A DNA stretch of 64,000 bases from Lama guanicoe (lineage: Eukaryota), in NCBI GenBank assembly GCA_013239625.1, contig MU054220.1, positions 4,217,374-4,281,373 of the forward strand. The letters run 5' to 3'. Positions 11,629-23,790 of the stretch are shown piece by piece. The notes under the pieces were generated by a model that saw nothing but the letters and a program-made list of their open reading frames with translations, was not told the DNA's origin and did not search any database. The position numbers and the translations under genes were made by a program. Position 1 is the first letter of the stretch, and each line of letters starts with the position of its first letter.

Positions 11629-14600
11629 TGGTCACCTTCTACCACATTGTCCTATTTTATCTTCTTTATAGAATTTATGATTGGCTAAAATTATTTTATG
11701 TTTGCCTTCTCCCACTAGAATGTGAGTTCCTTGAGGGCAGGAACTGTCTGATTGCTCCTCACTGCATTTCTACTAATTAGAGGAGGCTGAACTCAAAGTG
11801 ACACGGGCAAAAAATAAATATTTGGGACCAACTGACCTTTGTCCAGAGAGATGTGTCCCCACTCCCTGCATGAAATTACAACACAAAAAGAACCAGGAAG
11901 GAAGCAAAGACCTCTAAGTGCCCAAGCAGCACAGGTGACAAGACCCATGCACTATAGCTCAAGCTTCAGCACAACACACAATAAACGTCCTGTTCGGTTT
12001 GCTTTTCTGACCCAGAGCATGTTAGAAATAGCAAATAAGGTGTTGGCAGATAGCAGCTTTTCCCCCTCGGTGGACTATGGAAATCAACAGCTTGAGAGCA
12101 AAGTGGTTTTCAAAAAGCAGCTCAGTTCAGAGCAGCTCAGCACAGCTCAGCTCAGGTCCCTTTTGTGCCAGGACCAAGAGCCTTAGGTTACTCAGCAGAC
12201 CCGAAGGGTGGCCCCTGTTGCTGTCCTTTGCTACCAAAATCTTCAGCAGAGCATTTCTAAGGTATTTCAATAACAGCTTCATCAATCTCAACCATGTTCT
12301 GTTTAATAAGGCAGAGGCATTTGTAATATGGCCCAGAAACATTTTTGTCTCAAATAGCTAATGTGAAAAGGACTGACAGTTGTCAGTGAATACACAGCCA
12401 TCCAGAAATGGCACGTACCCAGAGTGATTTGGAGCTGTCTGGTGGCCTTCCCAAGGGCAGGCTTCCTGGTTTATTCCCCTCCAGCTCAGCTCACAGTGAC
12501 TAGGGAAGGAAGGAGGGCAGCTGAGGCCTCACTGTGACTACAGAAGCCCTCTCACACCCACATTCTCACCTGAGTCAGGAGACCCAGCCACGCAACTTCC
12601 TGTGCCTCCAAGGCTGGACGGGAACCCCAGCATCTGGCCTCAGCGCAGCCAGTGGATTTGGGAGGAGCTAAAGGAGCAGGTGGAGAGGGGGCGGCTGGTT
12701 ATGGGACATTCCTGTAGGTGCTGTGTTGGTGGGGGCTAACCGTTCGTTTTCTGTGCAGTACACATATGCACACATGTGTGTACGTGTGTGTCGCTAACCA
12801 ATGGACAGGAGTACCCGGAAGTAGAATTCACTTAGTATCAAAAGGATGGTCCTTCCAGTACAACACATGGAATGACACTGGGGTCTGTTTAGCATTTTTC
12901 AGGCACCACAATACAGCTAAAATGGAGTGTTCTCTCTGCACAGACAGACTGACACACACACACACATTTATGCCCACTTCCAAAAAGGTGTTAAGGCAGC
13001 TTACAATTTCATCTAAGAACAAGAACAATGTCATGAAATGGGAAGGTAATTATGTCAAAAATCTAGGCTAAGGACTTTAGTTGCCACAAAGCGCCAATTT
13101 CAACCCTAAGCTTCCTGGCAGCCAAGGCAGAAAGGGAAACTCTGGTGTGTTGCATATCTTATCATCTAAGGGGAGGACCACAGAATTATAGAATGCTCGT
13201 ACTGGAAAGGATCACCTGGTCCTCTTATATGATAACAAAGAAGAGAGGACCAGAGGCAGAAAATGAGGAAAATGAGAGGACCAGAGGCGCCTGTGGTCAG
13301 GTGACCCAGGAAAGACAATTCAGTGGCAGTGCTGAGACTAGAATGTGGGACTCCTGAGTTCCAGCCCAGTGCTCCTTTTACTTTAGTCTTCTGTACCAGG
13401 ACAAGTGCCAGATTGTTCTGAGACTTCTTTTTGTATAAAGGCAGCAGGGTGGGTGGGATCGTCATGTGCGTCAGACCTCTGGGTTGAGCCTGGCAGTGTC
13501 CTGGGGGTGGGGGAGTGGTGATGGGACCCCCTGCGTGCCTCTGCTGAGTTTGTCTGGGGCCTGTACTCAGCTGGTGGGAAGCCAGGTGCCTGGTGTCGAG
13601 TGGTGGTGGGGACAGGGAGAGGGGCGATGGCACCCCCCTCCCCGCCCCGAGACGGACCTTTCCTGGGAAGAAGCCTGGGGTTTGGCCCCACTCCAGGGTG
13701 CTGCAGGGGCCTCTCTCTGCTGTCTGGGATTCCAATCTCTGCAGCTGGTGTCTGAAGACAATAAGACAGAGGCCTCCCCACCCTGGGCCACCCCACCCTG
13801 GCCCCAGATGGGCTGCGGTTAGTGAGGCCTCCGCCAAGATGGTTGGTTCCTTGGGGAGAAGCTTGTGCTGAGTGGGCCCAGGCTGGGGTGGGCCAGGAGC
13901 GGGGTGGTCCTGGGGTGCGACACGCAGGATGGAAGGCCGGGACCTCGCAGCCCCCTCTTCTCCCCGGGGTTGCACAATGGAGACAGGCCTGTGGCCACAA
14001 AGCATCTAGGGAGCAGCTGTCAGGGCCCCAAGCTCCAAGGGTCAGAAGTGGAAGCATGCTCTGAGTCTCAGGGCCCTTGAATGTGAGCACAGAAGAGGCC
14101 CATGAGGACACCCCTGCCACCACCCAATTTATGCGTCAGGAGATGGAAGACCAGTGAGGCTCACTTAGCTAAGCCTTATCTGGGCAGGAAAGCTCCAGCC
14201 TTGTATGCAAGGTAAGGCCCAGGGAGGAAAGACCTGGAGGTGAGGGGTGGAGGGGGGCAGTTCTGCTCCCATCAGCTTGCTCCCCCTCCAGCTGAGCTGC
14301 CTCCCACAATCTCCATCTTTAGCTCTCAAATAAATCCCTCAGCCTGACCCTCTTCCACTCCCTTCCCAAAGACGGTGCTATCTCGGCTGCCTCTCCCCCT
14401 TCGCTCATCTGTCTTCCCAGATAACCCGGGTCTCCCTCTCCCCCGCCTCCTCCCCCCACACACAGCTTCAGCCCCCACCCCACATTCCACCTCCCCGACT
14501 CTGCTCCTCCCTCCAACTCTCAAGCCCCTCTGGCAGGACACCGGCTGCCTCCTTCCCCCATCTGTGTCCCTCCCAGCCCAGCCTCTGTGTCACCTCCACC

Positions 14601-15161
14601 AGCACCTCTCCCCTCCGCATTCCCACCACGGAACCCACTCCACGAGACTCGAGGGAAACCCCCCAGTGGTGACAACATCAATTGTTTTAGCCTCCCCTCT
14701 CCCCCCAGCACAAGGAGAGACAGCGGCCCTACATCCTGATGCCTCCAGTGGGCTTCTCCCCTCCCCCGGCTCCCCCGGAGAAAACCCTGGGAGGCTGAGG
14801 AAGGAGCGGAAAGGAAAGACTGAGCTAAGCCTGCAGGAAATTAAACATGAAATGAAAACAAGTGCCTCCGATTCATTCTCTCATCCTGCCCCCAGCCCCC
14901 CATTCCAGGCCACTGATAAAGGGGGATCCCATTTCAGTGGTGCAGAGAGGAGGCCTGATTCGCCCTGGGCTCCCAGAGGGCAGCCTGGACCCAGACCCCA
15001 AGGGTCCCGGGAGGAAAAGGGGCCTCTGGAGGCTCTGGGGCAGGGGCTGAGACCCCCAGCCCAGGAGAGGGCCAGCTCCAGGGGGGACATAGGAGAGTGT
15101 TTCTCCTGCAGCAGAATCAGGATGAGGAAACAAAGAGATGCTGAGAGAAATGCCAGCAGCA

Positions 15162-15163
<2 letters not shown>

Positions 15164-15207
<44 letters not shown>
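15164..15207 (+). repeat. (GT)22 microsatellite in ALX4 intron 2
   Basis: Uninterrupted GT run, read directly. Confidence 0.97.
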
Positions 15208-15208
<1 letters not shown>

Positions 15209-16829
15209 TCATGTTTGTACACTGGGTTGAAATGCAGCCCTGTACTTCCATCTCACCCCCACCCTCCCCACACAAATATGAGCCACAAAAAGGTACCTCT
15301 TCTTTTCTGACTTCTTTCTTCTAATGAAAGACAGAAAGAAAGGTCAGGACCTGTAAATAAACAAATGTGAAGTACCCTAAAAACTCTGTGACTGCATTTC
15401 TCATCTCACCTGCTGCTCTTGCCATCAGCACAGATATTGTCCCTATTTTCGAGATGCAGAAACTGAGGCCAGTGGTAATGCCAAGTGCTCCCACTGGCAC
15501 TGTGCGCCCCAGCTGCATCAGAAGCTCAGGTGGGCCGAGCAGCCTCTGTGCTGCCTGGCAGGGAACCTGTCCAGGCCTCAAGCCCAGCTCCTTCTCCCTC
15601 CTCCAAGGAAGCTCCGTGCTCTCAGCCAGGCTGCGGGCAGTGTACTATTTGGGGTGTATCCACATGCGCCTGAGTCAGCCAGCAGGTGCACATGGAGCTG
15701 ACAGAAATCTCCCTCTAGGGAGCTCTGAGGTCGGCCTTTGAGCTTGAAGCCATATCTGACCTGGAAGCTGAGCCCCCTCACTCCATCTCTCCCACCCTCT
15801 CCTGCCCCCATCACCCCCTTTCCAGATCCCAAGTCACTGGCAGGGATGGCAGACACGTGAGCCTCGAGAAAGTTCTCAGCCTGACAGAAACACACCTGCA
15901 AAGGAAAAGGACCCACCCCACTGCCAAAGACCCCTGCTCACACACCTGACTCAGACCCCTCCCTTCCATGAGGCCCCCAGTCAGGCGCCCCATCGCCCAT
16001 GCTCAGTGACAGGAGGGCCTCCACCCCTCCCCTTGGGCCTGAGACTTTGCAGCAGCTGCCTCTCTTCATGGCACCGCCACAAGCCCCTCCACCTGGCATT
16101 TGAGGTCTTCCCTGATCTGGTTCCCACTTCCACGATTGTTTCTCTCCCATCACTCCTCCACCTGACGTGTGGCCTCCTGAGGTCTCTGAACATGACCCAC
16201 TTTTCCTAAACTCCGCCTGGACGTCCGCCCTTCCAGCTAGCACTCGGGGCGCAGTGCCCGGTGCTCCCTCCACGAAGCCGTCCCCAGCTGCCTCTGTTGC
16301 CGGCTGAACCTCCATCTCCCAGAGAATCTTTAACATAGTAGGTTCTGAGTGGGGAGACTGTTTCCCACAAAAGGCTGCACAGAGGATTCAGGAAGTGGGA
16401 ATTCTGAATCTGGGCTGAGAAGTCCCAGGAAGTCATAGACCTTTTGGAAAATGATGGCAAAACAGCACGCGCGTAATCACCTAGGAGAATGGTTTTCCAG
16501 AGGAGCTTTCAACAGCCTTTACCCAATTCTCCCCAGGAGTCTGTGGCCCCAGCAGGTTCAGCCACACCATGTTGGGGCTGGTTAGATGGCCACTAAGATG
16601 ATCAGTGACGTGTTTTGTGCCCTAGATTCTGAAGCTTAGGAAAAACGAAGTCACTGGCCCAAGATCACGCCCACAGATAGTTGGTGTAAACCGCTTTCCT
16701 GATTCTCTGCCTTCCTGACTCTAGATCACTCTAGATTGTAAACTCTTGAGGATAAAAACAAAGGCAGACATACCAGGAGACCCTACCGCACGCTACAAGG
16801 TGGGGCGGGGCCTCCAGCTCCGGGCCTGA

Positions 16830-17033
<204 letters not shown>

Positions 17034-19462
17034 TGAGAAGGGGTACCATCCCCGGAGAGAGGACTCAGGGCTCTGAGTCGCCCTTCAGGCCCATTCCAGG
17101 CAGGTGCCTGTTCATTCAGAATGTGGGAGGCCCAGAGCTCTTTCTGTCCAGCGTGAGTGTTGACCCAGGCGTGGCCGGACTTTAGAGAAGGGAAGGTTGG
17201 GGTGGTGAGAACTGCATTTTCTTCTGCCGCCTTGGCCACTTTTGCTCTGGGCATCCAAACCAAGGAATGCAGAAGGCCAGGGAGTCTGCAGGCCACTGGG
17301 AGCCACCCAGAGTGTTTCCTAGGAGAGAGGGGTCTAGAAATCTGGAGGACTTGAGGCAAGGCTGGAGTGAATGTGGAATTCTGAGACCCAGGACTTAGGC
17401 TGTCATCTCAGCTCCAGATCTTTCTGCCTTCAGGCAAGTCACAGGCGCTCTGAGCCTCGGTTTCTTCACCTGGAAATTGGGCATTATAAAAGCACCTGCC
17501 CCAGACCTTTTATGAGGTTGTTGAAAGTGCTAAATTAGATTGTGCAGAAGTGCTTTGTGAGTTATATGGCTTTAGAGAGGTTGCTTTGCATGTTCTGAGC
17601 CCTCCCGGGCGTCTGTCCCACCTTCCCCTCCCATCTTCCACAGCATCTTCCTCCATGGCTGTCAGCTGGTCCCCCTTCTAGTGGCATTTGAGTCCTCAGT
17701 GGGATGCAAAGGGACGAGGAGTACTGTGATAACCTCAGGCACCCAGGACACTGGAGAGGTGGATTTTTGGTCAAGTCCACTCCAGACACCCCTCGACCTA
17801 TGCGGCAGTAGCACCCACTTCCTCCCTCTCAGACCTTGCTGGGGCGTGGCCTCTGCCTGCAGCTCCAAGCCCGGCCATGCCACGCAGTGGCAGTGTGCAC
17901 AGGCCTTCCTGAGTCTCCTTTTCTTCTTGCTGTCTCTGGGCCATGCTAACACATGGGCCCTGGGCACCCCACTAGGACCAGCTCTGCCCCTCTCCCTCTC
18001 AGGATTCACATGGAAGGGATCAAGGGTCAGGCTCAGAGGTGAGGCTGGGGAATGGGGGTGTCTCATGCACACACAGCGTCTGCATCAGCTCCCACCACAT
18101 CCTTCCATCTCTCTCCCTTCTCTCCCTCCCCCAACCCAGCCTCCCTCTGTGCCCTGGAGGTTGGACCTCCAACCCCCACTCCTTGGCCTGGATCTCTGCT
18201 GCCTGAGCTCACACACTGGAGGGAGAGAAACAACACGGGGAGTGCTCATCCCTCTCAGGGCAGCGCCACACATCACGCGGCCCAGGTCTCTTGAGAGAGG
18301 GGGTGGGGGATGGCCAACCCACTCCTCCTCACGGGGACCGAGGGGAGGACTGTGACCAGGCTAATCTGCAAGCAGTTCTCGTCGTCCTTGCAGGCCCCGT
18401 GGGATCTGGGAATACAGCTCCCTCCTCAGTGCTTTTAAGTGCCTTCCCTGAGTGCACTCCAAACACTGGGGATGGGGGTAGGTGGAGGTGAGAGCCAGCA
18501 AAAGCTGCTTGCGGGCCACTGAGAAGCCCATGGGAGTAGCTGAGAGATGCACTAGCTCCTCCTCAGAGCTCATCCTGCTCACCCTGCCCTCCACCCAGGA
18601 CACCTGGGGAGACGCGTTTTTGGCTGAGTCCCCAGCTCTACCTCTCCATAAATGCTGAGGGGAAAATGGAGTCCAGAGGTGGCAGTTGGGGAGGGGGGCA
18701 GGATTACAGCTGCACAGATAGAAGATCAGATGTTCAGTTCAACCCTCACCCCACTGCCAGAGCATCTTCCACACCCCCCACCTCACGGCACCCCCAGCCC
18801 CCGCAGGTGGGCACCCAGCTGCTCCATCCAGCCACTCATCCGCGCTCACCACCTCCTAAGGCAGCCCTTTCAGTCCCTGAGCTCATTCTGAAGCCTCTAG
18901 GGAACCAGCTCTGGGACATCCGCCACCGTCCTTGACTTCTGAGAGAATGCAGGCCCCACTCCCCCCACCCCCTTCCTGCACACCGCAACCTGCAAGCACA
19001 CAGCTCGTGCCCCCATTGCCAGGGCTCTCTGAGTTGGCCTCAGCTGCCATTTATCAAGTACCTAGGATGCGCAGGCCTGGGGAGGAGCCAGAGGTGAGTG
19101 AGACACAGGCTCTGACCCTAATGGCATCCACAGATGGAGAGACAAAGTCTGCATCTGTGACCAAAGTCAGCGGCTGACCTCAGCTAGGGGGTGGTGCCCC
19201 CAGGACAGGCCTGTGAACGGACCGTTGGTGAAGTTTGAAGTTCAGTCCTTAAAACGGAATTCCCAGCTGCTGCTGGCCTGGCCCTGGGAACAGAGGAGAC
19301 AGAGCTTAAAACCCAAACCCTCCTAGGGGTCTGGATGGCATAAAGGTTTTGAGAGGCTCCCAAGTAAGCACTCAAGAATAGTTTCATCACCAGGGTGGGC
19401 TTGTGAGCGAGGAGAGGTCATTCTGGTGTGCATCCCCTGCCCCGGCCCCAGCCAGCCAGTGA

Positions 19463-19816
<354 letters not shown>

Positions 19817-22800
19817 CAGGGCACCTCCTGTCCCATCCCCGCACCCTCCCCCACCTCGGGGCACTGGCCACGCCCATGCTTCCCAGGCCCCCAGCCCCCC
19901 ACTCGACTCTCCTCTTAGGAACCTGGCCTGGGCCGGGGCCTGACCCTCAGCACTTTCAGCCCCCCCAAGTCAGAGGCCCCACCGACTGCTGGGAAGGAGG
20001 AGGCAGCAGGCACTGGGGCCGAGCCCCTGCTCCTGGCCGGAGCCAGTGGAGGAAGCCAGGTAGCCATGTTTTGCAGCTTTGCATCCTTTGTAAGCTGAAG
20101 ACCCTTCCTCCCGGCTCTTCCTCCTCCGCCCTGCCCGGTTTGACCGTTGAGTCAAGGACAGGTTCCCACCCAGCCCCAGCAGTGGCAACAGTGCAGTCAT
20201 GTCCGTCCTTCCCTCTGCTGTGTGGTCCCCTGGTCACCAGGCCGGTGACTGTGTCCAAAGAACAGGCTGCCCCGCAGAGATGGCCTCCGGCCTTCCCAAC
20301 TTCTTTTCACTTCCTAAAAGCCCACGGAATCCAACCTCTTGGACCCACGGCACCTGCCTTGCCTTCACCCTGGATGGTGAGGCACCCCATCCTGCTGTCT
20401 CCTGTGCTGGACACACCCAGAGGAACTGGGCAGAGAGCAGAGGAGCTGGAGCTGAAGGATCCTGCTGTCTCCCAGCAATGCTGGCTCCTGGGGGATGCGT
20501 CCCCACTCTCACCCACCCGGAGACTCTGGATCTGAGTGAATGCTGCAGGGGAGGATGCAGACCACCCACGGGACCCCCGGCGCTGGGAGAAAGCTTCTAG
20601 CAGAGGAGGAGGGCTGCCAGGAGGTGTCCGGGTGGGGCAGGGGCTCACGCACACGCATCCGCTCTCTGGCTGCTTTGACGTCCCGCCACGGGCAGGGTGG
20701 CAGTGATGGCGGGCAGATCTGGGTAGCTTTTTAATCCGTCCGCTCAGCCCCTCCAGGAGGGTCTGGAGACGCTTTTTCCCTCTCTGAGCCTGGTCACTCG
20801 CTGGGGCTGCTGAGCTGTGTTCTGGTGTGGAAGGACTTACACCTCGGACACACCAACTAGGGTCTGGGGTCACAGAGGCAGAGGGTCAGGAGCAGTGCGC
20901 GGGATCCACCAGAGGATGAGTGCACGCTCACTCAGCCTCCAGGCAGGCGGGTTGGCCCCCTGCGGCCTCAGGTGGCCATCCCCCATCAGCCTGCCGTACC
21001 TGCCCAGAGCCTTCCATGCGGGCGGGTCTCCGGGATCCTCTAGGCACCTGCCCTTGCACTTCTGCCCTAGGGGATGGGGGAGCCCAGCTCCTCTTTCTGG
21101 CCTCTGGAAGGGCTTGTGAGGCTGAGCACCTCGGAGCCACTTGCTCTGTCCCAGATACAGGGGCCAGGATGCCCTCTGGAAGCAGATTTCTCTGCCTGCA
21201 GGAAGAGTTCTCCTTCTGAGGGGAACTCCGCATCTGCCTGACTTGAGGCCTGCAGCTTGAGTTTTGGCACCAGGGCCCAGCTGTCACCTAAGCTCAGGGA
21301 CAGGGTACCAGTCGTCCAAGGCAGGCCTTTCAGAGCCCTGGGAGGCCCCTCCAGCAGGCCACCCCTGGGGAGAAGTGCTTGCCCTTTCTACCTTCTCTCC
21401 CGATCCTGCCAGTGAGGGGGGCCGGGCCACCAGGCCCAGGGCCCTGGACGCAGGACAGCATCTTGGGTGGGCCGAGAGGAGTGAGACCCTCCCTCTTGAG
21501 CTGCTTAGGTTTTGGGGGACATCACAGTCCCATCTCTGCCTCATGTTCTCATGTGCTCCAGAAGCAAGACTGGGGAAGGAGCTGGCTTTGACCGCCCTTA
21601 AGAGTCAGACCTCTTCGTGAACCGTAGCTCAAAAGTTGATCTTCCAGAAGTGAAAAGGGTCTTGGACATTGAATTAAATGCTCTTGAAGGCTTGGCTTTA
21701 GTGTTTCATATGTTTGAGGATCTTGGAATGACTCTTTAGGAAGCCTATTCCAGTCCTGAGGTGGCTGAAACCACTCAGACGCCCAAAGTCTAGGGAAGGG
21801 AAGGAAGAAATTGCTTCGGACTGGAGATGGCTCCCCAGTTCTTCCTTAAATGTACTGCTGGCTGGGAAGGAACTTTCGCCAGAGGTATATATTCTCATCT
21901 GGGAGAGAATCCAACAAAGAGAAAGAACTAAAACAGCCCCCGAGGATGAGGGAAGGGAGAGAGAAGGCTCTAAGTGGAATCTTCTGGAAGGGACCTCTGG
22001 TGATCAGTTCCTCTAGGTATCTGCTTTCCGCCTGGGCCAGACCTAAGTCAGGCAAAATTCAGCCCAAAGCTTGAGAAGAAAAAGCTTCCAATGGAAGAAG
22101 GCTCTTGGCTCTGCCTGCCTGCCTGTCGAACCAACATAGCCAAGTATTTAGAATTAAAATGTCAGTGGAAAACACTCCTGGGCACCTCCCCACAGGTAGC
22201 TGCCCGCTCCCAGGCCTGTCCCCACTGTGTCCCAGCCCCTGGCCTGCCTGACACTCTAAGAATCACAGAATCACTAAGCTGGGAGGGACTAGAAACCCTG
22301 TAGTTAGCCCAGTCCCTTCATGATAGAGAGGAAAAATCCTTGGCCTGCGGTGGGGACGTGACCACCCTGAGCTGCGTTTCACCTGAGCCAGCGGCCTGAC
22401 AGGCCGCCCAGGTTCTGGTGGCCAGAGGGACGCAGTGCTCCCCGCTCAGGAGGCTGGGCCCGGGCCTCCTGCCTCCTCAGGCTGCAAGTGCAGGAGGTGC
22501 CTGAAGCACACCTCCTGTGGTGACTCAGCAAGCTCGGGTGGCTCCCTGGGGCTGGCGGCGTCCTCAGGAGCGAGGTCTCATGAAGGCAGGTGCGGAGGAG
22601 AATGGACCCACTCTGGGTCACTGCTAAGCCAATAAGCTAAAAGAGGTGGGGTTTCTTTGCTATTTGCCTAAGATCTCAGCAGAGATGGCAAGGCAAACCG
22701 GAAGTGATGGGTGGCTGGCAGACCCACGAGCAGCCTCCCAACACTGACAGCCTCTGATCCCCGCTGGGAACCAGTCTCAGCGGCCAAGGCTGGACACTGA

Positions 22801-23790
22801 GGTGCTGCTACCGCCCTCAGATGCCTCGCTGCTCCCAGGGCGTGGGAGACGAGGGCTCTGGGGACACACAGAGAGGCTGGTCCCCAAGTCTTCAAAGGTA
22901 CTTGGAGGACGTGGGCTTTGTACCTTTCCTTGAATTCTTTCAACTATACTTGATTCTCAGCTCTTACCACCGTGCCTCCAGCTTTGGGGAGCACGGTCGC
23001 CAGGTTAGTTCAAAGACACTGCAAGGGGGTGGGGTAGCCATGGTGAGGTGGGGCTGCGGCCATGCTGGGCCCAGCTCTAGTGTCCCCTCTGCCCTCAGTT
23101 GGGCTGGGTTGGCAGGAGGCACTCTTCCACAAAAACGACCACATATCCTACTTTCGCAGCCATTCTCTTTCTGGGCTGGACACTCTGGGGCTTCTGGTCT
23201 GCTTGATGGTCCTGACCATCAGGTGCGAAAGCAAACAGGCCTAGCAGGGGTGAGGATGGCTGGCAAACGGGTCCCCAGGATAATAATCCATGACCATTAA
23301 AGAGAAAAATGGGAAGACAACAAAACCCTGCTTCTCAAAGTCACACAGAGCCCCCTTGACTTCCTTAAGGATGCCGGAGGGAGGAAAGTTGAACAAAATA
23401 TTACCTGACCTTGCCCTGTCCCTTCTCCCCCCTTGACTTACATACATAGAGCTAGGCCTTTATACTACTGATTTTGAAAGACAGTTTTCAACGTCTAATA
23501 GTCTGTTTGGTGTGCAGTGGTTGAAAAGAGCTGAGTGCTAGACGGAACATGAACCTCAATCAATACTGACTGTTCTCCTTGTAAGATACCGTAACCCTGT
23601 GTAGACGCAACTTTTCCTTTAGCTTAATGGCCTGGGGTGGAATATTAAAAATATATATTAAAAAGACATTAAAATTTCAGAAAAAAAGTACAAAAAATGA
23701 GGTCAGTTCCATAAAGTTTTACTGCCTATACCATCATGTAACTACATTATAGCAAAATATTAAAAGAAACATTTTTGCCTTTTAAAGTAA
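19817..23790 (+). other. ALX4: Probable ALX4 3' UTR (~4 kb); 3' end approximate
   Basis: Follows the stop codon; few recognisable repeats; ends in an AT-rich block (23440-23790) with ATTAAA hexamers (e.g. 23759-23764). An AATAAA at 23951-23956 is an alternative end. The cleavage site is inferred. Confidence 0.55.

Noticed and set aside
11422..11688. Repetitive PTQPN protein ORF, or CRISPR-like array
   Set aside because: Translation of a simple pentamer tandem repeat; no unique spacers, and the context is eukaryotic.
13166..14123. Overlapping 279-aa and 246-aa minus-strand ORFs
   Set aside because: GC-rich intronic DNA open in several frames on both strands; no domain or splice support.
14375..15310. 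311-aa ORF in ALX4 intron 2
   Set aside because: Low-complexity Pro/Ser/Leu product from a C-rich tract, runs through a (GT)n repeat, GTG start, no recognisable domain.
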